Position numbers and translations under genes: made by a program. A stretch of 63,728 nt of DNA, filler included, from Octopus bimaculoides (Eukaryota): the NCBI RefSeq assembly GCF_001194135.2. It is 9 parts of 7 records of this genome, joined end to end, with 100 filler letters (N's around TTAATTAATTAA, not from the genome) between each part and the next. Parts side by side here need not be neighbours in the genome. Positions count along the whole stretch, not along the records: positions 8,152 to 28,177 come from NC_068984.1; 8 more parts are not named here. One strand, written 5' to 3'. Of the stretch, positions 15,179 through 27,932 are shown in pieces. The notes under the pieces are model-generated. The model saw only the letters and a program-made list of their open reading frames with translations, ran no database searches and was not told the DNA's origin. Each line of letters begins with the position of its first letter. The first letter of the stretch is position 1.

Positions 15179-17076
15179 CTGTAGAGAAAAAACAAATTTT
15201 ATACACACAAAAAATTATAAAATATACCTAGTACAACAATGGTTTTACAAGAAAGAATGAATGTAAACAAAATAAAAACGAAGCAGAAATTACAGCAAAT
15301 TTGCTAAAAAATTTAACTGAAACTATTTCTATGAAACTAAAAAAATTATCAACATTAACAAGTTAAATCTAAAATGAGATGTATTGTTTTTGCAAATGAG
15401 TCAACTGCTTATGTATTCTGCTTAAATAATAGCATCATTTTAAATAGTAGGATTTTCTCAGCAACATATCCTGACTAGTATGGAGTTCCCTGTCCAGGTT
15501 GTAAGCCTTTCAACTTGTCCTGGTCGAAGTATGTTCCTCATGTCATCTCATATTCTTTCAGTAGAGTGCCAACTACCTCAGATTCCATGATGTCCAACAT
15601 CACAATGATGATACCCACAAATGCCAACACATCTCTTCCACATCCCAACTTGAGTGGAAGCCCTTCAACATTTCCATTTTCTGCAGTAGTAGCATAAGAG
15701 TCAAAATGTCCAGAAGTGAAGACAGGAGAACCTATGTGGTCATTTATTCTAACCGTCAAGTAGATATTGCTGTAAATGGCAATAATCCAGACTCTGAAAC
15801 TTAGACTGAAACTGGCTGTATTAAAGAGAGCTATTAGCTAGTGAGGCTGACTTGCACATTTTTGATTGATATAAACTGATCAGACCCACCCAAAACCAGA
15901 TTTGTTACTTACCCTGTGATGTATTGCATGAGGTAAAGATTATTAAAGATAGATCTACTGGGAACTACACAGATCTGTGCATGTCTAATGACACTTCCTA
16001 TTTCCAAAGAACTTAGCCAAAATTTTAAACTTTGCATTCAGCAAAACTGATGGACTGAAATTATTGATGCCATACCCCTTTTTTATGCAGGCTCAAAGTC
16101 GCATATTTTGAAAGAAAGGACTCAGTTAATTTAAATTGTACTTGAATGGTACTTATTGTATGGATCTCAAAAGGTGAAAAAGTAATGTTGATATTTATTG
16201 TATTTGAACTCAGAAAGTAGGGAGATGTAACTAAATACCACAAGGGCAGGGATAACTTAGGTTTAATTAATCAGATGTTGACATTCAGCTTGAAGTTATT
16301 CCAAGTTAATAGCTAATAGAAAAAAATAATAGGTTGGAAATGAAATTTCAAACTGATGCAGTTCTAAAGGAGAATAATGGAACTAAATGCTTAGTAAATG
16401 CAGTGTCAAATAGACAATAATAATACAGGGAACCAATGGAACAAGTTAAGCTGTATAACAAATGTTGTTTTAACAAGAGATTATAGACAGAAAGAGTAAA
16501 ATATCATTTCATGACAAGCTGTTATTTGAAAAGAATAGACTGGTTTATCATTTTGAATACTTTGGGGATCTAAATGGAATTTGTGAGGGGCATGGTTGGG
16601 ATGTAGCAGCTCTGTTTTAAATGTGTAAACACTATTCATGACTAGATCATGTTTGTGTTTTGTCAATAAAGTTAGATTTTTTTCTATTTTGAAACATATG
16701 TTAAAAACTAAAGAATAAAAGAAATACTTTATCATTTAACAATCTGCTTATTAAATGAAATTATAACAAAATGTAAGAATAAATTTCTTTTTCTGTAAAT
16801 AACTGACATTAGAATTATATTGAATATACTTTTTCTTTTAAGAAGTTAAAACTGATATGTACAAGTCATGCCTATTGATTTGTATAATATTATAACTAAC
16901 ATTTTCCAAGCTTTTGGAGCTTAAAATAATTATCAATATATTTAAATAATTAATGATATTTTCTCAAACTGAATTCTACTTCAGAAGGAATAACATTTCT
17001 TGAATAAATTTATTTCAACATCAAACAATTTATTTATAAGTTTCATCAAAAATTAACACTAATGAACAGATAATAC

Positions 17077-17177
17077 CTGCAAAGCATCTGCAAAGTTAAC
17101 GAAGAATTCCCATTGCTCATAACAAAATGCCAGGACAGTAAGATGAAATACTGATTTGATAGGTACTTTGTTTTCTC
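17077..17177 (-). CDS. CFAP54: CFAP54 internal exon, 101 nt, phase 1 to 0
   Basis: Encodes GENKVPIKSVFHLTVLAFCYEQWEFFVNFADALQ (LAFCYEQW vs human LAFTYEEW). Donor CAG|gtatta; unusual GAG acceptor (ttctttggag|gag). Confidence 0.8.
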
Positions 17178-17569
17178 CTCCAAAGAACATAAAACAAAAA
17201 CACTAAATATAGATAAATTTAACAATTATAAGATAGGAAAAGGATGGTAGAAATATAGAGTAAAAACCAGCACTGAACATGATAGAATTATTCTTATGTG
17301 AGATTTTTGGTTATTGTTGATGTGAACAGGTCAGTTAACAAATGTAGAGTTCAATACAAAAAAATAAAATGATGATAATAATTATGCATTTGAGTACACA
17401 TATTGCTTTTTGGGCCTTGTGCCAGTAGTAAAAAGGTTTATTTGTTCATTGAATAAATAATTTTGGACAAAAACAGAAGCAATCAAAATGAATTACATGA
17501 GAGTGAGGTATATTTATAAGATATTAAAGTGACATTAGGGAGAAATGAAATAGAAAGATATATGAATAC

Positions 17570-17671
17570 CAATTATTGCTAATTCTAAAAGAGAATTATC
17601 TTCAGTCTGGATAACATTAGTGAAAATATTGCTATAAGAATCTTTTCTTGAGCGGTTAGCTGCTATATTTC
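17570..17671 (-). CDS. CFAP54: CFAP54 internal exon, 102 nt, phase 1 to 1
   Basis: Acceptor cttttgcctttttcag, donor G|gtattc. Encodes GNIAANRSRKDSYSNIFTNVIQTEDNSLLELAII; SLLELAIIG resembles human SLLELMIG. Phase fits both neighbours. Confidence 0.8.
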
Positions 17672-18920
17672 CTGAAAAAGGCAAAAGAATATCAATTAGC
17701 AATAAACATACTGCACCATCAATTTTAATTGATTACTTAAAAGAAAATGCTTTCTTTGTCGTCAGAGATATTTACATTATTCTTTCAAAACGAAGAGGAC
17801 ATGGCTCTACACCAAGTCTTATCCTTACTTGGCATGATATTTTCTCTTTCATTTAACTCAGTTATAATATTATTCATTCATAGCATATTTCAATACAATA
17901 CAAATATGTTTCCTTAAGAGGAATGGAGTCACAAAAATTGTAGAATACAGGACTAAATATCATGCCGTATTAAATCGTGTTTCTGAGTTCAAATACTATG
18001 AAAGAAGAAAGACCAGCAAAGTAAAAGTACACAACTGAACACTGCAAAGCATTTTGCCTGACACCATACCAATTTATTAATCCACTGACCTCAAGGCCTT
18101 AATAATAATATTTCTTTCTTTCTTTCTTTGATGCTATATACTAATTTCATTTAATGACACTTCCTTTCAAATCAGTTTTGTCTCAGCTTTCTACTTATTC
18201 AACACTATAACATATGATTTGAATATGACTTAAAAACAGGTTTTTAGCACTAAAGCATCTGGATAAAAACAATTTATTTATACTTTGTCGTAACACCAAC
18301 AAAAATCTTCAAGCTTACAACTGGGCTGGATATAGATATTTTAAGTAAATCACATATTTGCATAGAATTAACTTGGTATCACGGGTATACTGGTATCTTG
18401 AAAATACCTCACAGAGTGATGACTGTGTTCTGCATAGTTATGGGCTGCCATTTGACAAGGCATAGCACCCATTCAGCCATCCTGCCAGGGATACTGCAAA
18501 GTCATGAGACTAAAGGATGGCAGATTGTGAAGAGCTCAGCTGAGCTAAAAGTGCTTCTTGCATTGATGCTGAGCGGCGGAATCCTAGAAGATCAACAGTC
18601 AGGATCACCAGGTTCTATCAAGAGAGTAACTTCAATGCATTTTTAGAATTGGTGTCCATGGTTGTATAATCACCTAATGAAAGATCCACTATGACTCAGG
18701 CTCCCAATTCAAATTCATAATAATGGAATTGGATGATGACAGAGTCACAGAGTCATAAGAATCTGCGAAAGTAGTGAAAAAAAAACAAACTAAGTATCAA
18801 ACTATTTTGTATCTTTTTTTTTTTAATCATTTTATTTAGGAAGAAGTGACTCATGTGCTAAACGCTCCACTACACTCATACATTAAAACCAAAGAATTAC
18901 AAAACTTGGATTTCACTAAC

Positions 18921-19119
18921 CTGAGACTATTTCTTTGGCAGCAGCAAACAGTTCTAAACTTACATCGTTTAACTCCATCTCTCCTTGGAAAACACCGCCC
19001 GGTGTTATGATACGTATGTGACTGTCACTCAGACTTTCCACGATAGCTAAGAATTGTGCTGATTCACTATCAAACAACTCAACTAATAACTTTTCTGTAT
19101 TAGTTCTTGGCCAAGACAA
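18921..19119 (-). CDS. CFAP54: CFAP54 internal exon (first visible), 199 nt, phase 0 to 1
   Basis: Acceptor tttcttttcag|TTG, donor CAG|gttagt. Encodes LSWPRTNTEKLLVELFDSESAQFLAIVESLSDSHIRIITPGGVFQGEMELNDVSLELFAAAKEIVS, closely resembling human CFAP54 LSWPRTVTERLLDEMFDSTASQFLAVLEALSDS as recalled. Confidence 0.88.
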
Positions 19120-19870
19120 CTGAAAAGAAATTCTTAGTTACTGAGTTATGTTTTTTCTTTTTTCTTTTTTTTTTTTTTCCTGTTTCTCATAACGGAAATA
19201 TATCCAGGGTTGGTTTTAAGCCAATTGGACAGATTTGTTCAAACTGGACCCCGCACCAAGAGAGGACCCTGTGCACATGCTCAAGCAGAGGATGCTATGA
19301 TGATTTTTTAGTATATTATTGTGGCTAATGGTGGAGCCTCAAGCCCTTAATGCTTTTTGGCTGGGATTGGCAAACTACATGAAGCATGAAACATCAATCT
19401 TCATCTTTTGTAGAGGAGATGGCCCCACTGATAATTTTCTAATTGAGCCAAGCATCACCTAGTGCCAGTCCTGAATATAGTACATAATGGATTGATAGTA
19501 TATATGTGCAAAGCTACATTTTAAGATTCCACTTTTTCCATGCTGATATTACCCCAAGAAAATATAGAATGTATCTATCTGATTAACAGGTAAAATACAA
19601 ATAAACACATTTACCTATTCATATTTAAATCAAAATATCTATATATTTTTAATCACATAGGTGTAGCTGAGTGTTTAAGAAGCTTGCTTTCCAACAACAT
19701 AGTCTAGGTTTCAGTTCCACTGCATGATACCTTGAGCAAATATCTTCTGTTATAGGCCATGACCAATCAAAGCCTTCTGAGCTGATTTGGCACACGAAAA
19801 CTGATAGAAGTCCATGGGGTGTGTGTGTGTGCACACGTGTGTGTGTCTGTGCACGCACATGTGCATATAC

Positions 19871-20257
19871 AGAAGGGAAAAAGGTGAGAAAATAGAAAGC
19901 TTCTGACAGTGCAGAAAGTTTCACAAGACCTTTATATTTCAGATGCAAAAGCCAAACTTCTGGAGAAAAAACAGTCTGGGAAATGTCCAGTTATATAGGT
20001 TCCATTAATTCATTCAAATCCCTTCATGTTATGTAGCAGTAGCAGTCAATCTCCAAACATAGGTGGAGAGTGACTGCTGTGACATAACGCTAGGGGATTT
20101 CAACAGATTAACGGAACTTGTCAATGGAACCTGTATAACTAGATATTTCCCAGACTATTTTTCTTCCAAAGAAGGGTCTTTGTGCCTGAAATATAAAGGT
20201 TTTGTGAAACTTTCCACATTGTCAGAAGCTTTCTATTTTCTCTATTTTGTCCCTTCT
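19871..20257. repeat. Long near-perfect inverted repeat (fold-back/MITE-like)
   Basis: Arms 19871-20055 and 20064-20257 are reverse complements (roughly 80% identity by eye) around an 8-nt loop (aacatagg). Confidence 0.9.
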
Positions 20258-20290
20258 TTGGTAATACAATGCTTCAAGCAAACTACAATG

Positions 20291-20340
<50 letters not shown>

Positions 20341-20727
20341 TATATATAAACATACACACATATTTATATATATATAAACATACACATATATATATTGGGG
20401 GAAGTTAAATATTATCTGCACTTTCACCAAAACTTTCTTTAAGTTGGCTGCACTGCCTTCAGTACTCACATGCTAAAAAGTGGTACTCTACCGGTGATAT
20501 ATCCAAGGTTTGACCTTGATTGTTCCAGTTTTCTTTCTTGTTCATTTACATATGTACACATATATATATTTATATATATATGTATGTATACATATGTATG
20601 TGTATGTGTGTGTATTAAGGTTACCCTTGGTTTCATGAAAGAAAACCAATGAAAACAATGGTACCCTTTATACACAAATAAAGAAATGATTGCAGTGTTG
20701 AGCAATCATTCTAATTGTTTGACATTG

Positions 20728-20775
<48 letters not shown>

Positions 20776-21074
20776 CTTGTGGCAAGTCCACACACACACA
20801 CATACACACACATGTTCACACACATACATATATCTGTAAGTAAAAAAATTACATGCATTCTTGTTTCTGTAATTTATTAAACAGATGTGTTTATTCACCT
20901 CCAACAATAGAGAGCAGTCACTATACTTAATTCTATAACTACTATCTCTGAAGAGTGCAGTGTTACATTATTTAACTGTTACCTAATACTCCATTGAACC
21001 CCTAGTGTGAAACTGATCAGCCATAATGGATATATGATAGTGTACACTTCGATTCATATATATATATATATATA

Positions 21075-21127
<53 letters not shown>

Positions 21128-22339
21128 CTTTTATCTTCTACTGGTTTCAGTTATTAGACTACAGTCATGTTGGGGTACTGCCTTAAAGAATTTTTTAGTT
21201 AAATGAATTGACTCCAGTACTTTTTTTTAAAGCCTAGTATTTATTCTATCGATCTCTTTTGCTGAACCACTAAATTACAGGGATGTAAACACACCAACAT
21301 TAATTGTCAAGCAGTGGTGGGGGACAAACATAGACACAAAGACACACACACACACACTGATTTATATATATATGATGGATTTCATTCAGTTTCCATCTAC
21401 AAAATCACTCACAAGGCTTTGGTCAGCCTAAAGTTATAGTAGAAGACACTTGCCCAAGGTGTCATGCAGTGAGACTGAACCTAGAACCATGTGGTTAGGA
21501 AGCAAGCTTCTTACCACACAACCATGCCTGTACTGATGCTTATATTTCTCTACTAATCCAATGGTGTTTTATTTTGTTTGTTTCTTTTTTCTCCCACCTT
21601 TCACTGTTACTGCCTCAACTAATTCTTGTCACAACTTCTTTCATCTCTCTTTCTCTCACTCTACCTATCTATCCTGCATGCTATTCACCATCATCTCTAT
21701 CAGCAACAGACAACTAAAGTTCTCAATGATCACTAGCAAAACCCATGGAAATTTCATAGGCTTCAATGGTCAACATAAATACTGCATTAATGATAGCATG
21801 TGATCCAACTTGATGATCACTTGCTGTACACTAACATTTTAAAACATGAATTTTGTATTTTCCAATTGTTTTGTGTATTTTTTACCAGATCCTTTTTATT
21901 TATCTATTTCTATAACATGCCACCCCACCTAAATTATGTAATAAAAGCTTCATATTTAGTAAAAACATCTCTGGATTTGAATGATTTTTTTTTTATGCAG
22001 CAAATGTGAAAATACATCGAGCAATAACATGTATAGGATTTTGAACTGGAGGTTTCAATTGTCCCATATGTAAGCAATATTGGGCAGAAGGGCGATGGAG
22101 GGAGGGAAAAGTACCATTTGAAACATTTCTCTTCCAACATTTTCAGAAGAAACTGCATTCATTCAGCCATCCTCATGACTCAAACTCAATTGACAAACTA
22201 TTTATGTTTATTCCAGTTCAAATGTTCAATATAAAAATGGTGGAAATCACCGTCACTGTTATTGTTGTCATCATCATTTAACATCCACTTTTCCAAGTTT
22301 GCATGGGTCAGATGGAATTTGTTGAGGCAAGTTTGCTAC

Positions 22340-22676
22340 TGTTATAACATAAGACGAATATTGATATTGTGCTCAGATAATAACTTTATAAACATTGCAG
22401 CAATTCCAAACTGAAGTGCAAAATGGCGAACTGTAACTGTAATTGTCCATGATGCAAAATGAACTGTCTGTACCACAGTAAATGTGCTAAGGCAAACTGA
22501 GTAAATCTACAATGACTCACCTGGTAGAGACACTAAAGTGTTCCTCAGATGAATCGACATAAACTTAAATGATAAATGACGTGGGAGTGAACAATGTCAC
22601 ATGATAGAATTGTGTCCACTGATTGGATGACACTTAATAAACAATGTTTTGTGTCAAGATAACTAGAGTTGTCTCA
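22340..22676 (+). mobile_element. Solo LTR with 5-bp target-site duplication
   Basis: Begins TGTT, ends CA, flanked by GCTAC at 22335-22339 and 22677-22681, with internal AATAAA. It splits an older (CAT)n-tailed repeat. Confidence 0.7.
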
Positions 22677-23165
22677 GCTACAGTCAAATATATTTTCCTC
22701 ATCTGTTTCTAAGTGAGAGATTTACCCATAGCTAGACATCTTTTTTCCACAGAAGACTGGAAGTGAACCATCTAACTTGTATGACAATAATACTCATTTA
22801 CAACCATCACATGTAGACAAGATAAGGACACACACAAATACAAGCACACACATACATATACATATTATATATCATGACCTAACTATATTTATCTATTTAT
22901 TTCTATAACATGGAATAATACTACAGTTGAGCTTTAATTTCAAGCAAAACTGGCTTGAAAATTTAGTACCCTCACTCACTATGGGGCAGTTAACTCCCCT
23001 GTCAGTACATAAACTTGTTCTATGCTTGTAGCTATAAGGACCTTTGACTCTTATTTCTAGCAATGTAGGTGCTACAATGCAACCTCAGTCACTATTAGTG
23101 ACAATTGAATTCTTCCTTTTTTGGTTTTATATTGCATCTAGCCACCTTTGTTATTTTATACATAT

Positions 23166-23201
<36 letters not shown>

Positions 23202-24053
23202 GAATAATTGAGATTTAGTTGAATTAGGTACTGAAGTGAAGCACCAAGTCAGCCCAGTATTATCCACACAGCCTGAAGTAAGGTGAATAAAATCAAGATA
23301 AGCAACAGGATATCAAGTAAGTGTGCTAAGGCGATATCCTGGTTATATTCATATTGATATCTTGTTGCTTATTTTGATCGTGTGTGTGTGTGTGTGTATG
23401 TGTATGTGTTTGTGTTTGTGTTTGTGTTTGTGTGTGTAATGGACTTCTTTCAGCTTTTGTCTACCAAATNNNNNNNNNNNNNNNNNNNNNNNNNNNNNNN
23501 NNNNNNNNNNNNNNNNNNNNNNNNNNNNNNNNNNNNNNNNNNNNNNNNNNNNNNNNNNNNNNNNNNNNNNNNNNNNNNNNNNNNNNNNNNNNNNNNNNNN
23601 NNNNNNNNNNNNNNNNNNNNNNNNNNNNNNNNNNNNNNNNNNNNNNNNNNNNNNNNNNNNNNNNNNNNNNNNNNNNNNNNNNNNNNNNNNNNNNNNNNNN
23701 NNNNNNNNNNNNNNNNNNNNNNNNNNNNNNNNNNNNNNNNNNNNNNNNNNNNNNNNNNNNNNNNNNNNNNNNNNNNNNNNNNNNNNNNNNNNNNNNNNNN
23801 NNNNNNNNNNNNNNNNNNNNNNNNNNNNNNNNNNNNNNNNNNNNNNNNNNNNNNNNNNNNNNNNNNNNNNNNNNNNNNNNNNNNNNNNNNNNNNNNNNNN
23901 NNNNNNNNNNNNNNNNNNNNNNNNNNNNNNNNNNNNNNNNNNNNNNNNNNNNNNNNNNNNNNNNNNNNNNNNNNNNNNNNNNNNNNNNNNNNNNNNNNNN
24001 NNNNNNNNNNNNNNNNNNNNNNNNNNNNNNNNNNNNNNNNNNNNNNNNNNNNN

Positions 24054-24358
24054 ATGCAAGTGGCTGAGCACTCCACAGACACAAGTACCTTTAACGTAGT
24101 TCTCAAGGATATTCAGCGTGACACAGTGTGGCAAGGCTGACCCTTTGAATTACAGGCACAACAGAAACAGGAAGTAAGAGTGGGAGAAAGTTGAGGTGAA
24201 AGAGTACAGCAGGGTTCGCCACCATCCCCTGCCGAAGCCTTGTGGAGCTTTAGGTGTTTTCGCTCAATATACACTAACAACGCCCGGTCTGGGAATCGAA
24301 ACTGCGATCCTATGACCGCGAGTCCGCTGCCCTAACCACTGGGCCATTGCGCCTCCAC
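24054..24358 (-). mobile_element. tRNA-derived SINE, family A
   Basis: Head tgtggaggcgcaatggcccagtggttaggg...gtttcgattccc with A/B-box-like motifs. Near-identical copies at about 27131-27490 (-) and 41488-41850 (+). Confidence 0.8.
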
Positions 24359-24559
24359 ACATCATTCTCTTTAACATTAACACAACCACCATTTTTATTA
24401 CCAATAGATTCTGTGGATATTCTATGTTTATAAATGATTAATTTCAATTTAAATGCATAAATTAATAGATCTTTTTAATATTGCTCCATTACGTTTAAAT
24501 ATTTTCGTCATATCTTCAATTTCACCCCATAGATAAGGTTAATGCAGGTGTAATTCTTA

Positions 24560-26750
24560 GACTTACATCTTCGAGATAAAGATTTTGATTGTGTGATTCC
24601 ATTCGTTCCAAATGAATTCCTTTATATTTTGATCATTCTCCTTCAATGTGTGCCTGGTTATAGTCATATTGTTAAGATAAAGGAAGGCACCACACAACTT
24701 TTCTTCTCTCACTACCCCATCCATAGCTTGCTGGAAGTCATCTACCATATTTGAGGTTCTAATGAAATCCTACACAACTGATACAGATAGCCATTGGCTT
24801 CAAAAGCTGTATATTGTCAAGACTCCTTCAGCCACACCTAGTACCAGATATTTTTCATGTCAAAGGTAAAGAAGGGTCTCTGTTTTGTTAGTTTGTTTAT
24901 TAGCTCATCTATCTAAGGCAAAGGATAAGCATCCGACTTTGTATATTGGTTGACTGTTTATGAGTAATTTATACACATTTACTTCTTGTGTCTGTACAAA
25001 GATTCTTCACTTAAACTACTGGAACTCGTCATGAGGACATGCTTGCCTCTATCACAGCATATGGCAAATATCTGTTGCAATGAAGTTTTCCATCATCTTT
25101 ACTAAATCACTTTGATTTGAGAGCAATTGGTTTATAGGTTGGAGACAAGTTTGGAAAAGGGATCACTCTCTTACTTTTACTATGACCAATGTACTGAAAT
25201 CAGTAGCATTTACAGTTAAGTCAGACAGGACCTCTCCATATTCAAATTTTACTCTCAGATGTTGGTGCAGGGAAGCTTGGCTAAGTAACATATCAGCTCA
25301 CAATTCCCTCAAAATACAGAGTCATGCAGCAACAAGTAACTGGTTATTAAGGCTAACAGTTAGGTCCACAACAACATAACTCCTGGAACTAATATTTTAG
25401 GTTTTGTGAGCCATAATGATGTCTTTACTTGATGGGTGAGCTTTTAATTTCAGTTCCTGCACAGCTTTTTTTACTGAGGTAACTAACAGTGCTGCAGAAT
25501 CCTAGACAGAATCCTAGACACCACTTAACCTTTGTCCATTCCTAATCACAAAAGTCACAGCTTCAATGAGTCTCTGTCATACATTCACTGGGTTAGTATG
25601 TGAGAAGTGACCACTGTCACCAATAAGTTTGATAAGGTCTTGGGTTTGCATATGAGAGTGTAGTAACGCCTGCGCATGCGTAGTCTTACGCATGCATAGA
25701 ATTAATAAAGCAAGCGTTTCCCACTCAATTCATTCTCTTTCTCGCTGGCCAGCGATTGAGCAAGGACGTGTGTTTAAAGCTGTCTCTACATCTTTCGGTC
25801 TTATACTCGACAGCTCGTTATTCTCACCTCTAAAGATGTATAACTAAAGATATGTATGTTTTACCAAGTAAATAAATGTTGTTTAAGTTGTTTAGTCTGG
25901 AGTTCAGTGTTTCGTTAATTTCTTCAATTTTATAGTAGAAAGTCAGGTATACAATCTAAAGATGTATAACCCACTTTCTACTAAAAGAGCATAATGTTCC
26001 TTCTTGAGGCATTTATTGCATTTATGCTGGACAGTTATCACATGAATGGTAAAAGAAAAAATAAATGAAACATTTCTTCTTAGTAATTTATAATCGGCAT
26101 AGAGAACTGGTTCATTAAGAATGAATCCTTCTCACATACTTGTGATATCTATAGTTGACCAGAATTCACTACTGTCACTGTATTGACCTTTGGGTTTGTG
26201 TATATATTGTTACTGTGCTGGGCTATGTCTATCACAGAGGCTTTATTATAAACGATCTTGAAACCCATTGCTTTATTTTCTAAGAGGCTGACGTATTGCA
26301 GTTGAGGTAATGCCAGCAATGAATGTCACATGTTGCCATCATAGTCATACTGCTTTGTGCTATAATCCTGGAAATTTCCATTCCTCTATAGCTTCTCCAA
26401 CTCTCTGTAAAATTCATCTAATGATTCACTTGATAGCTAGTAAATATCTGATAAAGACTTTGTTAGATTTCATGTATGGCCAAGTCAAAATTTTCACATC
26501 CTTCAATATATCTAAAGACACTGGAGCTCACTCAGGCTAATAGAGTCCTATATTTATTTGGTATTTTGTCCTGATAGTCCTCTTCAATGCAAATTGTAAA
26601 GATGGTTCGCCACTATTGGTGTTCTGTGAACTCAGGTCAATATCTAAAACTTTGGTTTCTACACCATCTTTATTTTTGAAATTGAGTTGAATAGATTGTA
26701 ATGATAGCCAAAAGTTGGTTGCTTCTTCCCAAGTTTTATTCAACTCAGTT
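24560..26750 (-). mobile_element. Decayed Ty3/Gypsy LTR retrotransposon (gag, zinc knuckle, RT)
   Basis: Minus strand: gag-like VSSSVFRYIEGCENFD and IAGITSTAIRQ, knuckle CNKCLKKEHYALL (about 25980-26020), RT-like TVNQYTKSDAYPLP*IDELINKL, YTAFEANGYLYQ, FQQAMDGVV...FLYLNNMTI. Heavily disrupted. Confidence 0.8.
25659..25953. mobile_element. LTR-like insertion within the Gypsy relic
   Basis: TGTA...TACA ends, internal AATAAA, CpG-rich relative to CpG-poor flanks. No target-site duplication seen. Confidence 0.4.
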
Positions 26751-27130
26751 GTTTAGTTACAGTTCAGAATGGCATAGCACTTTATGTGCAATTACTTTAT
26801 ACTATGGGTACCTCAACAACTTCTAGTTGTACCATTCAGTTCTGGCTGGATGTATGGAAACTTATACATATGAACCTATTAATTGTAACATTATATCATC
26901 ATCATTATCATCATCATCATTATCATCATCATCATTATCATTTAGTGTGTGTTTTCCATGCTGGCATGGGTTAGATGGTTTGATAGGAGCTTGTAAGCCA
27001 GAGAGTAGTACCTTGTTCCAGCCTGATTTGGCTTGCTTTCTACACTCCATGAGCGTAATGGGTGCCTTTTATATGTCAATGACACAGGTGCCTTTTACAT
27101 TTTACCAGCACTGACCTATGTATTAATATA

Positions 27131-27490
27131 TTGGCACTCCGTCAGTTACGACGACGAGGGTTCCAGTTGATCCGATCAACGGCACAGCCTACTTGTGAAA
27201 TTAACGTGCAAGTGGCTGAGCACTCCATAGACACATGTACCCTTAACATAGTTCTCAGGGAGATTCAGCGTGACAAGGCTGCCCTTTGAAATACAGGTAC
27301 AACAGAAACAGGAAGAAAGAGTGAGAGAAAGTTGTGGTGAAAGAGTACAGCAGAGTTCGCCACCATCCCCTGCTGGAGCCATGTGAAACTTTAGGTGTTT
27401 TTGCACAATAAACACTCACAACGCCCAGTCTGGGAATCGAAACTGCGATCCTACAACCTCGAGTCTGATGCCCTAACCACTGGGCCATTG
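27131..27490 (-). mobile_element. tRNA-derived SINE, family A
   Basis: Homologous to 24054-24358 and 41488-41850. Confidence 0.8.
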
Positions 27491-27932
27491 TAGCACTGAC
27501 CACGGCTACAATTTCACTTCATTTCTCAAGCACAGCAAATGACCAGAGGTCTCGATCACTGTCATTGCCTCCATGAGACTCAACATCCAAAGATTGTAAC
27601 ATTATATGTTTCATAATTATCCTGCAGTCTTTGGTCAAAACTCCTAATTTATTCTTAACCATTTGTTGAGCACATTTGTGATCATGTTCCTCAGATTTGT
27701 TATAGACATACATATACATGTGTGCACATGTGTGTGTGTGTGTGTGTGTAGATTTAGAATCTGAATGGCTATGTAAACCACAAAAAGAATGGGTAAGTAA
27801 AAGAAAAGGTACAGTAAGGGAGGTTCAAATTCTTTTCTCCTCTAACAAACCTTCATTGTTGAGTATCACAAAGCAGAACAATGTAAGAAGATTACACAGA
27901 TGTAAATGCATTATATATATATATATATATAT

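Noticed and set aside
16481-16735. Minus ORF containing EKNLTLL, superficially like CFAP54 EKDLTLL
   Set aside because: Its acceptors are phase 1 while the upstream exon ends in phase 0, and the 15178 exon aligns better and completes the chain.
24290-24358. tRNA-like A/B-box sequences (also 41488, 52840, 54240)
   Set aside because: These are SINE heads continuing into SINE bodies, not tRNA genes.
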